From NCBI GenBank assembly GCA_046331125.1, contig JAXLRL010000016.1, forward strand, positions 930-64,929: 64,000 bases of DNA, read 5' to 3'. The position numbers and the translations under genes are program-made. The stretch is from Acidimicrobiia bacterium. GTDB lineage: Bacteria; Actinomycetota; Acidimicrobiia; IMCC26256; DASPTH01. The number at the start of each line of letters is the position of its first letter. The stretch's first letter is position 1. This document shows positions 39,373 through 49,010 of the stretch, piece by piece. Below the pieces are notes generated by a model. It saw nothing but the letters and a program-made list of their open reading frames with translations, was not told where the DNA came from and made no database searches.

Positions 39373-40167
39373 GTGGCCAACGGCAACGGCACCAGCAACG
39401 GCAGCGGCGGCGTGAAGGTCGCCGAGAAGCTGGACAAGGTCGACGAGAAGGTTCGTGGTTCACAGGCGTGGACCGCGATCTTCCGACCCGGTTCGGTCTT
39501 CCGGCGGGGGTTCACCGACAGTCCCCGTAACCGGTCCTACGTGATCATGAACAACGTGCTGTACCACCTTCACCCGGTGAAGGTGAAGCGGCACGCGGTG
39601 AAGGTGTCCTACACCCTCTGCCTGGGTGGGCTCTCCTTCTTCCTGTTCATCCTGCTCACGGTCACCGGCATCTTCCTGATGTTCTTCTACCGGCCGACCG
39701 CGGCGGCGGCGTGGCCGACGGTGCGCACGCTGGAGACGGCGGTCACCTTCGGTTCGCTCGTGAGAAACATGCACAGATGGGCGGCGCACCTCATGGTGCT
39801 CACCGTCTTCCTGCACATGGCGCGCGTCTTCTACCACGGTGCCTACAAGGCGCCGCGTGAGTTCAACTGGGTGATCGGCGTGGTGCTGCTCACGCTCACC
39901 CTGCTGCTCTCGTTCACCGGCTACCTGCTGCCCTGGGACCAGCTGGCCCTCTGGGCGGTCACCGTCGGTACGAACATGATGGGGTACACGCCGGTCTTCG
40001 GATCGTCGGTGAAATACGTGTTGCTGGGATCCAAGGAGATCAGCAACGAGACCCTGCGTCGTTGGTACGTCCTGCACGTGTTGCTGCTGCCGTTCACCAT
40101 CGTCATCTTCATGGCGGTGCACTTCTGGCGCGTCCGCAAGGACGGCGGCATCTCCGGACCGCTGTAA
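39373..40167 (+). CDS. Cytochrome b6-type (N-terminal half of cytochrome b, 4 TM)
   Basis: RNMHRWAAHLMVLTVFLHMARVF (H-x13-H), VLHVLLLPFTIVIFMAVHF (H-x14-H), YTLCLGG cysteine, PREFNW, C-terminus RKDGGISGPL. Confidence 0.9.
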   Translation: MANGNGTSNGSGGVKVAEKLDKVDEKVRGSQAWTAIFRPGSVFRRGFTDSPRNRSYVIMNNVLYHLHPVKVKRHAVKVSYTLCLGGLSFFLFILLTVTGIFLMFFYRPTAAAAWPTVRTLETAVTFGSLVRNMHRWAAHLMVLTVFLHMARVFYHGAYKAPREFNWVIGVVLLTLTLLLSFTGYLLPWDQLALWAVTVGTNMMGYTPVFGSSVKYVLLGSKEISNETLRRWYVLHVLLLPFTIVIFMAVHFWRVRKDGGISGPL

Positions 40168-40184
40168 TCGGGAGCTGAGAGAAC

Positions 40185-41033
40185 GTGGCGGAGATCCCCG
40201 AACACCTGCTGCAGCGCAGCAAGGAGCGCCGGAAGGCGCTCGGCCTTCCCGTGGACGGTGACGAGGGCGGCGAAGCCGCTGCCCCGGCGGCGGCCGACGA
40301 GGCGACCCCGGCTGAGGCCGCCCCCGCGGCGGCCGAGGCGGCCGCGCCCGCGGAGGCATCCGCGCCGGCCGAGGACGTCACCACCGAGAGCGGCGCCAAG
40401 ATCCCGGCGCACCTGCTCGAGCGGGCCAAGCGTCGCAAGGCCGCGGCTGCGGGTGGCGGCGCGGCGGCGGCTGCCGGCGGCGGTGCCGCGGCGGCGGCCA
40501 CGGCCACCCTGCCCGCGCCCACCACCACCGGCCCCGGCGGTCACACGCAGCGACTGCTGACGGTCGTGAAGTCGGGCTCGATCCAGCAGGCCCGGGGCGA
40601 GGCCCAGGACAAGGTCCACACCTGGCCGCACCTGCTCGTCATCGAGTTCGCGGCGATCCTGATCATGCTCGCGGGGCTCACGATCTTCGCGGCCCTGGTC
40701 CGGGCGCCACTGCTCGGTCTCGCCGACTTCAACAAGACGCCGAACCCGTCCAAGGCTCCGTGGTACTTCCTCGGTCTGCAGGAGCTCCTGACGATGTTCC
40801 ACCCGATGGTCGCGGGTGTGACGGTGCCGGGCATCGCGCTCTTCCTGCTGATGGTGGCGCCGTTCGTCGACAAGAACCCGTCGAACAAGCCCGACGACCG
40901 CAAGTTCGCCATCTCCATGTTCACGCTGTTCATGCTGATGTGGGCCGTCCTTGTCATCATCGGTTCGTTCTTCCGTGGCCCGGGCTTCAACTTCGTGATG
41001 CCCTGGAACGACGGCATCTTCTTCGAGTTGTAG
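40185..41033 (+). CDS. Subunit IV-like (C-terminal half of cytochrome b) with a long Ala/Pro-rich N-terminal extension
   Basis: 3 TM segments. Qo-loop NPSKAPWYFLGLQELL. The N-terminal 130 aa are low complexity with a duplicated basic motif. Confidence 0.85.
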   Translation: MAEIPEHLLQRSKERRKALGLPVDGDEGGEAAAPAAADEATPAEAAPAAAEAAAPAEASAPAEDVTTESGAKIPAHLLERAKRRKAAAAGGGAAAAAGGGAAAAATATLPAPTTTGPGGHTQRLLTVVKSGSIQQARGEAQDKVHTWPHLLVIEFAAILIMLAGLTIFAALVRAPLLGLADFNKTPNPSKAPWYFLGLQELLTMFHPMVAGVTVPGIALFLLMVAPFVDKNPSNKPDDRKFAISMFTLFMLMWAVLVIIGSFFRGPGFNFVMPWNDGIFFEL

Positions 41034-41045
41034 GAGCTGGGGTCA

Positions 41046-41897
41046 GTGTTGATCGCCATCGCCATCGTTGCGATCGTCGTGCTCGCGGTCGTGGGGCTCG
41101 TGGTCTCCGCGCGCAAGCGTTCGACGACCGGGAACCTGAGCCGCGAGACGCGCAAGCGCGACGAAGCCGCCGCCGCGTCCGCGACGCCGTCGACCTCCGG
41201 TGAGGTCGAAGCGGAGACGGCCGAGGGTCGCGAGCGCGCCGACGAGGCGCGTCAGGCCATCGAGTCGGGTGCCTCCTCCGTGCCCGAGCCGCGTGCCGCG
41301 GCCACGCCCGTCGCCTACGAGCCGGTCGACCTCGACGAGCTCGGGGTCACCCGTCGCCAGTTCTTCAACCGCTCGATCCTCGCCGGCGCGGGTCTCGGCC
41401 TCGGTGCGTTCGGCGTGTCGGTGCTCGCCTTCCTCTGGCCCTCCGGTGGCGGCGGCTTCGGCGGCAAGGTGGTCGTCGGTTCCGAGGCCGACGCGAAGTC
41501 GGCCTTCGACAACAAGCAGCCGTACTACAACGCCGCCGCCAAGACCTACATCGTGGCCTACCCGAAGGAAGACCTCCCGAAGGCCAAGAAGGTGTACGAC
41601 CCGCCGGTGTTCGCGGGCATGGAGGCCGGCTACGTCGCCCTCTACCAGAAGTGCGTGCACCTCGGCTGCCGCGTCCCGTGGTGCCAGAGCTCGCAGTGGT
41701 TCGAGTGCCCGTGCCACGGCTCGAAGTACAACCGCGTCGGTGAGAAGCAGGGTGGTCCGGCCCCGCGTGGTCACGACCGCTTCGCCCTCCAGGTGTCGGG
41801 CGGCAACATCGTCGTCGACACCGCCGTCATCTACAACGGCCCGCCGATCGGCACGAACACCACGAACCAGAGCCCTGAAGGGGCGCCCTGTGTCTGA
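41046..41897 (+). CDS. Rieske [2Fe-2S] subunit with a Tat-type anchor
   Basis: TRRQFFNRSILAGAGLGLG, CVHLGC and CPCHGS boxes. Confidence 0.9.
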   Translation: MLIAIAIVAIVVLAVVGLVVSARKRSTTGNLSRETRKRDEAAAASATPSTSGEVEAETAEGRERADEARQAIESGASSVPEPRAAATPVAYEPVDLDELGVTRRQFFNRSILAGAGLGLGAFGVSVLAFLWPSGGGGFGGKVVVGSEADAKSAFDNKQPYYNAAAKTYIVAYPKEDLPKAKKVYDPPVFAGMEAGYVALYQKCVHLGCRVPWCQSSQWFECPCHGSKYNRVGEKQGGPAPRGHDRFALQVSGGNIVVDTAVIYNGPPIGTNTTNQSPEGAPCV

Positions 41898-41954
41898 TCG
41901 TCTCGTGCTTCCCCCCACCGGCTCGGCTCTCGCGATCTCCGGAGCTTCGCTCGC

Positions 41955-43247
41955 ATGAGTACCCGCACCGTCCTGATCATCATGAACTTCGTCGCGGTGG
42001 CGGCGATCGGCGGGTATCTGCTGTGGCGCGTCTTCAGCGTCAAGCGCAACCCCGACGTCACCACCCCGGAGAACCTCGAACCGTTCTTCGACGACGAGGT
42101 GCTCGAGGGCGCCCACCTCGAGCGGGCCCTCGGTGTCGCGCTCATCGCGCTGATCATCGTGATCATCGGCCTCCTCGCCTACTTCATCTGGGAGCCGTTC
42201 CGCGAAGACGCCGCTGGTGACGGCTTCAAGGAGCGTTCGGTCGAGCGCGGCGCGGTGCTGTTCGCCAACTCCGCGTCGAAGAACTACGACTCCACCAAGT
42301 CGCTGCTGTGCGCCAACTGCCACGGTGTCGACGGCGGTGGCGGTGTCGCCAGCTTCGTGGTCAAGAGCGAGGACCCGCGCTGCGACCCGAACCAGACGGT
42401 CAACCAGGACCTCGTCGACAACGCGCCGTACTGCCTGCCTAAGCAGGTCTCGTGGGCGGCGCCGAGCCTGAAGCTCGCGTCGTTGCGCTACGACCGCAAA
42501 CAGCTCACGCAGATCATCACCTACGGACGCCCGGGCACACCCATGCCCGCGTGGGGTGTGGTCTCCGGCAAGGGCGCGCTGCAACAGCAGTCGATCCAGG
42601 ACCTCGTCAACTACGTCGACAGCCTGTCGACCACGAGTGACAAGGCGATGACCGAGGCGGCCCAGGAAGTGCGCGACTGCACCTCCCGCTCCGCCTGCGT
42701 CGGCCGCAAGCAGCTCCAGAGCACCGAGGTGCGTGACGCCGCCGACAAGTGGGTCACCGACGCCCGTGCCGAGCTCGTCGCCGCGCAGGCCGAGAAGGCC
42801 GCGAACATCGACCCCAAGCAGGACGCGACCTACGACAAGCTGGTCGCGCTGAAGCAGGAGACGCTCGACACCGCGCTGTCGTGGCAGGACGCCACCGTCA
42901 ACGCGACCGACGGTCAGATCCTCTTCATGAACCAGTGCGCCCGCTGCCACACCCGCGGCTGGTCGTACTTCGACCCCGCCAACCCCAACGGCGACAGCAG
43001 CCCGAACCCGCCGATGGGCACGATGGGTGGCGGGGCGTACGGCCCGAACCTCACCAACGGCGACGTGAACAACCAGTTCCCGCCGCCCACCGGCGAGGCC
43101 GAGCTGTTCGCGTGGATCAGCGAGGGTGTGCCGGCCAACCAGGGCTACGGCATCCGGGGCATCTCCTCGGGCCGCATGCCGCACTTCGGCGCCGTGCTCA
43201 CCAAGACCCAGATCGAAGCCATCATGGCCTACGAGCGTTCGCTGTAG
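41955..43247 (+). CDS. Membrane-anchored diheme c-type cytochrome
   Basis: Two N-terminal TM helices, CANCHG and CARCHT heme motifs, 430 aa. Confidence 0.85.
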   Translation: MSTRTVLIIMNFVAVAAIGGYLLWRVFSVKRNPDVTTPENLEPFFDDEVLEGAHLERALGVALIALIIVIIGLLAYFIWEPFREDAAGDGFKERSVERGAVLFANSASKNYDSTKSLLCANCHGVDGGGGVASFVVKSEDPRCDPNQTVNQDLVDNAPYCLPKQVSWAAPSLKLASLRYDRKQLTQIITYGRPGTPMPAWGVVSGKGALQQQSIQDLVNYVDSLSTTSDKAMTEAAQEVRDCTSRSACVGRKQLQSTEVRDAADKWVTDARAELVAAQAEKAANIDPKQDATYDKLVALKQETLDTALSWQDATVNATDGQILFMNQCARCHTRGWSYFDPANPNGDSSPNPPMGTMGGGAYGPNLTNGDVNNQFPPPTGEAELFAWISEGVPANQGYGIRGISSGRMPHFGAVLTKTQIEAIMAYERSL

Positions 43248-43259
43248 GAGCTTGACGAC

Positions 43260-44111
43260 GTGCACCTGACCATCACGCTCGCCAACGAGGCGCTGCACAA
43301 GACGATCTGGTACCCGACGATCCTCGGCGCGCTCGCCGTGGTCGCCGGCGTCATCCTCTTCGTCGGATCCGTGTACCTGCTGCTCGGCACCAACCTCGGT
43401 GCCCGGCTCGGGTTCCTCATCTCCTTCACCGGTCTCGCCGGCTTCATGGTGGTGCTCACCCTCCTCTGGATGACCACCGCCTCGCCGCTCAACACCCTCA
43501 AGGGCCGACTCCCGCAGTGGAAGGTGCTCGAGGTCACCGCCGACATCGGGAACGCGAAGACCGAGGCGGTGCGCGGCATCGCCAACCCGGAGAACAAGGC
43601 CCAGGGCTCCGACATCGCGAACGTGAAGGCCGCGGTCGACACCGCGCTCGTCACCAAGGTGGCGACGCCCACCGTCGAGGTGAAGCCGAACGACAACCGC
43701 TTCGCCAAGTTCCAGGACGTCACCAAGTACATGGTGCTCGAGACCTACGTGATCGGTGGGTCCCGACCGCAGTTCTGGAAGGGTGAGTTCACCCACCAGT
43801 CCAAGTACGCGGTGGTGCAGTACTGCGCGACCGCGGAGCAGACCCAGGTCTACGGTCTGCCGCCGCTGCCGCCCGAGTGCGCGACCGGCGCCGACGCGCA
43901 GAAGGGCTTCGTCGTGCTCGAGTACGACCTCGGCTCCGTGCGCATGCCGCCGTTCTTCGCCTTCCTCGGCTCACTCGTGCTCTTCGGCCTCGGCCTCCTC
44001 TGCCTGCACTGGCGGGAGAAGGACCTCGCCGAGGCCAAGGCCGCCGAGGAGGCCGCCAAGGCGCCGAAGCCGGCCCCTGCTCCCGACGACTCCGAACTCG
44101 CGAAGGTCTGA
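43260..44111 (+). CDS. Membrane protein (2 N-terminal TM, 1 C-terminal TM, large external domain)
   Basis: Intact 283-aa ORF, 12 nt after the cytochrome c stop. Confidence 0.6.
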   Translation: MHLTITLANEALHKTIWYPTILGALAVVAGVILFVGSVYLLLGTNLGARLGFLISFTGLAGFMVVLTLLWMTTASPLNTLKGRLPQWKVLEVTADIGNAKTEAVRGIANPENKAQGSDIANVKAAVDTALVTKVATPTVEVKPNDNRFAKFQDVTKYMVLETYVIGGSRPQFWKGEFTHQSKYAVVQYCATAEQTQVYGLPPLPPECATGADAQKGFVVLEYDLGSVRMPPFFAFLGSLVLFGLGLLCLHWREKDLAEAKAAEEAAKAPKPAPAPDDSELAKV

Positions 44112-44114
44112 GCC

Positions 44115-44345
44115 ATGCTGCGTCGAATCCGTTCCGTCGCCGGTGCCGCGCTCGTCGCGATCGCCGCGCTGCTCGTGCTCTCGGCGCCGGCCGGCGCGCA
44201 GCAGCTCGTCGACGCCGGCAAGGAGGGCGACGGCTCCGGTGGCCTCGCCTTCGTGATCATGGTCTTCGTGATCGTGTGCATCGCGGCGTCGCTGTTCTTC
44301 CTCGACCACGTGCGCCGCAACCGGCTGCCGAAGGAAGAGGACTGA
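44115..44345 (+). CDS. Small membrane protein with signal peptide plus TM (76 aa)
   Basis: Begins 3 nt after the previous stop. [20 protein letters not shown] and [19 protein letters not shown]. Confidence 0.5.
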   Translation: MLRRIRSVAGAALVAIAALLVLSAPAGAQQLVDAGKEGDGSGGLAFVIMVFVIVCIAASLFFLDHVRRNRLPKEED

Positions 44346-44370
44346 CCGTCCCTTCCTTCGCACCCACGAG

Positions 44371-45638
44371 TCAGACGAGCGTCGCCGCGGCCTCCGGAGC
44401 GCGGCGATCGTCGTCTCCAGGGTCTCGTCGTCGTGGGCCAGGCTCACGAACAGCGTCTCGTAGCCGCTCGGCGCGAGGAACACGCCGCGGTCGAGCATCG
44501 CGTGGAAGAAGCGGGCGTAGCGCTCGTGGTCGGCCTGCTGCGCCTCGGCGTAGTCGTGCACCGGTGACGACGAGAAGAAGAACCCGGTGAGGGTGCCCAC
44601 CTGGGTGACCTGCGCGTCCACGCCCGCACCGGCGAACGCGTCGCGCAGCCCGGCGGCGAAGGTGGCCGCCCTGGTCTCGATCGTCGTGTAGCTCGCGTCG
44701 CTCAGCTGGCCGAGCACGGCGAGGCCCGCGGCGGTGGCGAGCGGGTTCCCCGAGAGCGTGCCCGCCTGGTACACCGGCCCCACGGGGGCCAGGCAGTCCA
44801 TCACCGCGGCGGAGCCGCCGATTGCCGCGAGGGGCAGGCCGCCGCCCACCACCTTGCCGAACATCGAGAGGTCGGGGGTGATGCCGTAGCGGCCCTGCGC
44901 GCCGGCGAGGCCGAGCCGGAACCCGGTGATCACCTCGTCACACACGAGCAGCGCACCGGCGTCGGTGCAGCGGCGGCGCAGCCCGGCCAGGAAGCCGTCG
45001 GCGGGCGGCACCAGACCCATGTTGGCGGCGACCGGCTCCACCAGCACGGCGGCCAGGTCGGCCCCGTGGGCGGCGAAGGCCTCGTCGAGCGCGGCCTCGT
45101 CGTTGTAGGGGATCACGACCGTGTCGGCGACGGTGCCGGGGGTGACGCCCGCCGAACCGGGGATGCCGAGGGTCGCGACGCCACTCCCCGCGGCGACGAG
45201 CAGCGCGTCGGTGTGGCCGTGGTAGCAGCCCGCGAACTTCAGGATCTTGGTGCGGCCGGTGGCCCCGCGGGCGAGCCGCACTGCGGTCATCCCGGCCTCG
45301 GTGCCCGACGACACGAGGCGCACCTTGTCGACCGAGGGCACCCGCTCGGCGATCGCCTCGGCGAGCTCGACCTCGCGCTCGGTGGGCGCGCCGAACGAGG
45401 TGCCGTCGGCCGCCGCCTTCGCCACCGCCTCCACCACTGCAGGGTGGGCGTGCCCGAGGATCGACGCGCCCCACGACTGCACGTAGTCGAGGTAGGTGCG
45501 GCCCTCGGTGTCGGTGAGGGTGGCGCCGGCGCCCTTCGCCACGAAGAACGGCTCGCCCCCCACCGAGGAGAACGAGCGGACGGGCGAGTCGACCCCACCC
45601 GGGATGCGCGCCTGCGCGCGCTCGAACAGCGAACTCAT
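44371..45638 (-). pseudogene. hemL: Glutamate-1-semialdehyde 2,1-aminomutase, single frameshift about 25 nt before the stop
   Basis: [23 protein letters not shown]... is intact for about 415 aa in ORF 43971..45815. The expected tail EAAATLV-TGA (44371) lies in another frame. The length of 1268 nt is not a multiple of 3. Confidence 0.85.
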
Positions 45639-45663
45639 GTCCCGCAGGCTAGGACCCGCCCGT

Positions 45664-46641
45664 TCAGGACAGGCGCTCGGCGACTTCCCGGGCGAGGTAG
45701 GTGAGCACGAAGTCGGCGCCGGCGCGCTTGATGGAGGTGAGGATCTCCAGCGCCGCGGTGTCGCCGTCGAGCCAGCCGTTGGCGACCGCGGCCTTGAGCA
45801 TCGCGTACTCGCCACTCACGTGGTAGGCCGCGATCGGCACGTCGAACGACGCACGCAGCGCGGCCACGATGTCGAGGTAGGTCGCGGCCGGCTTGACCAT
45901 CACCATGTCGGCGCCCTCGGCGATGTCGAGCGCGGTCTCGTCGAGTGCCTCGCGCGCGTTGGGCGCGTCCATCTGGTAGCCGCGGCGGTCGCCGAACTGC
46001 GGCGCGCACTCGGCCGCGTCACGGAACGGGCCGTAGAGCGCCGACGCGTACTTCGCGGAGTAGGCGAGGATCGCGCGATCCGTGTGGCCCGAGCCGTCGA
46101 GCGCGGCGCGGATCGCTGCGACCTGTCCGTCCATCATCCCCGACGGTGCGATCACGTCGGCGCCGGCGTCGGCCTGCGCGATCGCGATCGACGCGTACCG
46201 CTCGAGCGTGCTGTCGTTGTCGACCTCGCCCGAGGCGGTGAGGAGCCCGCAGTGGCCGTGGTCGGTGAACTCGTCGAGGCAGTCGTCGGCCATGAGCACG
46301 AGGTCGTCGCCGACCTCGTCGCGCAGGTTGCGGAGCGCGACCTGCACCACGCCGTCGCTCGCGTCGGCCCCCGAACCGCGGGCGTCCTTCGTCGCGGGCA
46401 CCCCGAACAGGATCACCGCCGGCACGCCGAGGTCGGCGAGGGCGCGCACCTCCTTGCGGAGGCTCTCCTGCGTGTGCTGCACCACGCCGGGCATCGACGC
46501 GATCGGCTCCGGGTCGCGCAGCCCCTCCTTCACGAAGAGGGGTGCGACGAGGTCGTCGACCGACAGCCTCGCCTCGGCCACCAGGCGCCGCAGCGCGGGC
46601 GTGCGCCGCAACCGGCGCATCCGCCGCTCGGGAAACGTCAT
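45664..46641 (-). CDS. hemB: Porphobilinogen synthase
   Basis: 325 aa. [13 protein letters not shown], the MVKPA active-site lysine context, and YHVSGEYAM. Confidence 0.9.
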   Translation of the reverse strand: MTFPERRMRRLRRTPALRRLVAEARLSVDDLVAPLFVKEGLRDPEPIASMPGVVQHTQESLRKEVRALADLGVPAVILFGVPATKDARGSGADASDGVVQVALRNLRDEVGDDLVLMADDCLDEFTDHGHCGLLTASGEVDNDSTLERYASIAIAQADAGADVIAPSGMMDGQVAAIRAALDGSGHTDRAILAYSAKYASALYGPFRDAAECAPQFGDRRGYQMDAPNAREALDETALDIAEGADMVMVKPAATYLDIVAALRASFDVPIAAYHVSGEYAMLKAAVANGWLDGDTAALEILTSIKRAGADFVLTYLAREVAERLS

Positions 46642-46650
46642 GTCACCAGC

Positions 46651-48108
46651 CTACAAACGGGCGAGCAGGGTCTCGACGAGGCCGTCGATGGTGTGCTGCT
46701 CGGCCTCGGCGTCGACCCGCAGGCCCCGCTCGACCGCGGTGGCCGAGGTGACCGGGCCGATCGAGCACACGAAGGGCTGGGGATCGGGGATCGCACCGAG
46801 CAGGTCGAGCAGGTTGGTGACCGTCGACGACGACGTGAAGGTGAAGGCGTCGACCTCGCCGGCGCGCACCCGCTCGACCACCCGGGGATCGGGCGTCGCG
46901 GTCACCGTGCGGTAGACGGGCAGCACCTCGACCTCGTAGCCACGGGTGCCGAGCCCCTCGGGCAGCACGTCGCGCGCCTGCTCGGCGCGTGCCAGCAGCA
47001 CCTTCGCCCCCGAGGCCGACGGCGCGGGGAACGCCTCGAGCAGCGACTCGGCGACGAATCGCTCCGGCACGAGGTCGACGGCGATGCCGTGCGCCGCGAG
47101 CTCGCGCGCGGTGCCCGGGCCGATGGCGGCGACGTGAAGCCCCGCGAGCGCACGGGAGTCCCGTCCGCTCGGTGTCAGCCCGTGGTCGAAGAAGGCCTTC
47201 ACGCCGTTCGGCGAGGTGAACACCAGCCACTCGTACGCGGTGAGGTCGGGCACGGTGACGTCGACCCACTCGATCGCGATCGACGGGAGTTCGAGCACCT
47301 CGGCGCCGAGCTCTTCGAGGCGGTGGCGCAGCGCGCTCGCCTGCTCGCGCGCGCGGGTGACCACCACCGACTTCCCGAACAGCGGACGCGACTCGAACCA
47401 GGAGAGGTCGAGCGCGGCGACGCCGCCGATGACGATCGCGCTCGGTGCCTTGATGCCCGCGCCGGCGGCCTCGCCGAGGGTGGTGCGAATCGTGCGTTGC
47501 TCGGGCCGCGTGCCGTTGCGCACGGCGGCCACCGGCGTGCTCGCGGGCAGACCGCCGGCCATGAGTCGCTCGGCGATCTGCGGCAGGTGGCCCGCGCCCA
47601 TGAGCACGACGAGCGTGCCGCCCGTCTTCGCCAACGCCTCCCACTCGACGTCGGTGCGACCCTTCTCCGGGTCCTCGTGGCCGGTCACGACGGTGAAGTG
47701 CGTGGACACGCCTCGGTGCGTGACCGGGATACCGGCGTAGGCGGGTGCGCCGATCGACGACGTGATGCCCGGCACCACCTCGAAGGGGATGCCGGCGGCC
47801 GCGAGCGCCTCGGCCTCCTCGCCGCCGCGCCCGAACACGAACGGGTCACCGCCCTTGAGCCGCACGACGGTGCGTCCGGTGGCGCCCTTCTCCACGAGGA
47901 CGTCGTTGATCTGCTCCTGCGTGAGGTCGACCTGGCCGGGGGCCTTGCCCGCGGTGATGAGCTCGGCGCCCTCGGGCGCGAGTGCGAGCAGGCTCGGCGA
48001 CGCGAGGCGGTCGTACACCACGACCTCGGCGCGCCGCATCAGCTCGGCGCCGCGCACGGTGAGCAGGCCGGGGTCACCGGGGCCCGCGCCCACGAGGTAG
48101 ACGGTCAT
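46651..48108 (-). CDS. cobA: Bifunctional uroporphyrinogen-III C-methyltransferase / uroporphyrinogen-III synthase
   Basis: MTVYLVGAGPGDPGLLTVRG...VRLKGGDPFVFGRGGEE, followed by a HemD-like half. ATGA overlap with hemC. Confidence 0.85.
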   Translation of the reverse strand: MTVYLVGAGPGDPGLLTVRGAELMRRAEVVVYDRLASPSLLALAPEGAELITAGKAPGQVDLTQEQINDVLVEKGATGRTVVRLKGGDPFVFGRGGEEAEALAAAGIPFEVVPGITSSIGAPAYAGIPVTHRGVSTHFTVVTGHEDPEKGRTDVEWEALAKTGGTLVVLMGAGHLPQIAERLMAGGLPASTPVAAVRNGTRPEQRTIRTTLGEAAGAGIKAPSAIVIGGVAALDLSWFESRPLFGKSVVVTRAREQASALRHRLEELGAEVLELPSIAIEWVDVTVPDLTAYEWLVFTSPNGVKAFFDHGLTPSGRDSRALAGLHVAAIGPGTARELAAHGIAVDLVPERFVAESLLEAFPAPSASGAKVLLARAEQARDVLPEGLGTRGYEVEVLPVYRTVTATPDPRVVERVRAGEVDAFTFTSSSTVTNLLDLLGAIPDPQPFVCSIGPVTSATAVERGLRVDAEAEQHTIDGLVETLLARL

Positions 48109-49010
48109 CAGTTCGCTTCCTTCGGGAGTTCGAGCAGTGCCCGGCCGCCGCGGCCGAGCAGGTCGTCGGCCACCGCGCGTCCGGTGGTGAGGGGATCGGC
48201 GCCGCGGGCGCCGGCGCGCAGCACCGTGGTGCCGTCGATCGACGCGAGCACCGCGTCGATCGTGATCGTGTCGCCGTCGAGACGAGCGTGCGCGCCGCAC
48301 GGGAGGTCGCAACCGCTGCCGAGCTCGGCGAGGAACGCCCGCTCGGTGTCGACGGCACGGTGCCCGGCGACGTCGTCGATCGCGCGCAGGCGGGTGAGCG
48401 TCTCGTCGTCGTCGGCGCGGCACTCCACCGCCAGCGCGCCCTGCCCGACCTGCGGACACATCACCGAAGGATCGAGCACGTCGCTCACCCGGTCGGCGAG
48501 GCCGAGGCGTTCCAGCGCGACGAGCGCGACGACGATCGCGTCGAAGTCGGCGGCCTTCTCGAGCCGGGTGGCCATGTTGCCGCGGAGCTCGGCGAACTCG
48601 AGGTCGGGCCGCAGCGCGGCGAGCTGGGCGCGTCGGCGCACCGAGCCGGTCGCGACGCGTGCGCCCTCGGGCAGTGCGTCGAGGGTGGACCCGACGAGGG
48701 CGTCGCGCACGTCACCCCGCTCGGGGACCGCGGCGAGCACCAACCCCTCCGGGGTGTCGGAGGCGGGGAGGTCCTTGGCCGAGTGCACCGCGAGGTCGGC
48801 GCGGCCGTCGAGCACCGCGGCCTGCACCTCCTTCACGAACACGCCGGTGCCGCCGAGCGCGTGCAGTGGCGTGGTGAGGTCGAGGTCGCCCGTGGTCGTG
48901 ACGGGCACCAGCTCCACGGCGTCGCCACCGCCGAGCAGTGCGGCCACGCGCTCGGCCTGCCAGCGGGCCAGCGCACTCGCGCGCGTGGCCACGCGGAGCG
49001 GCCGGGGCAT
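48108..49010 (-). CDS. hemC: Hydroxymethylbilane synthase
   Basis: LRVATRASALARWQAE...RGNMATRL...GSGCDLPCGA. 300 aa. Confidence 0.9.
   Translation of the reverse strand: MPRPLRVATRASALARWQAERVAALLGGGDAVELVPVTTTGDLDLTTPLHALGGTGVFVKEVQAAVLDGRADLAVHSAKDLPASDTPEGLVLAAVPERGDVRDALVGSTLDALPEGARVATGSVRRRAQLAALRPDLEFAELRGNMATRLEKAADFDAIVVALVALERLGLADRVSDVLDPSVMCPQVGQGALAVECRADDDETLTRLRAIDDVAGHRAVDTERAFLAELGSGCDLPCGAHARLDGDTITIDAVLASIDGTTVLRAGARGADPLTTGRAVADDLLGRGGRALLELPKEAN

Noticed and set aside
41043-43796. 917-aa minus-strand ORF. Similar giant ORFs occur at 4734..6806, 15937..18282 and 45496..49158.
   Set aside because: These are shadow ORFs typical of 70% GC DNA. They lie antisense to genes with clear motifs (Rieske/cytochrome c, P450, peptidase/two-component system, hem genes), and their translations are Arg/Gly/Asp-rich low-information sequence.
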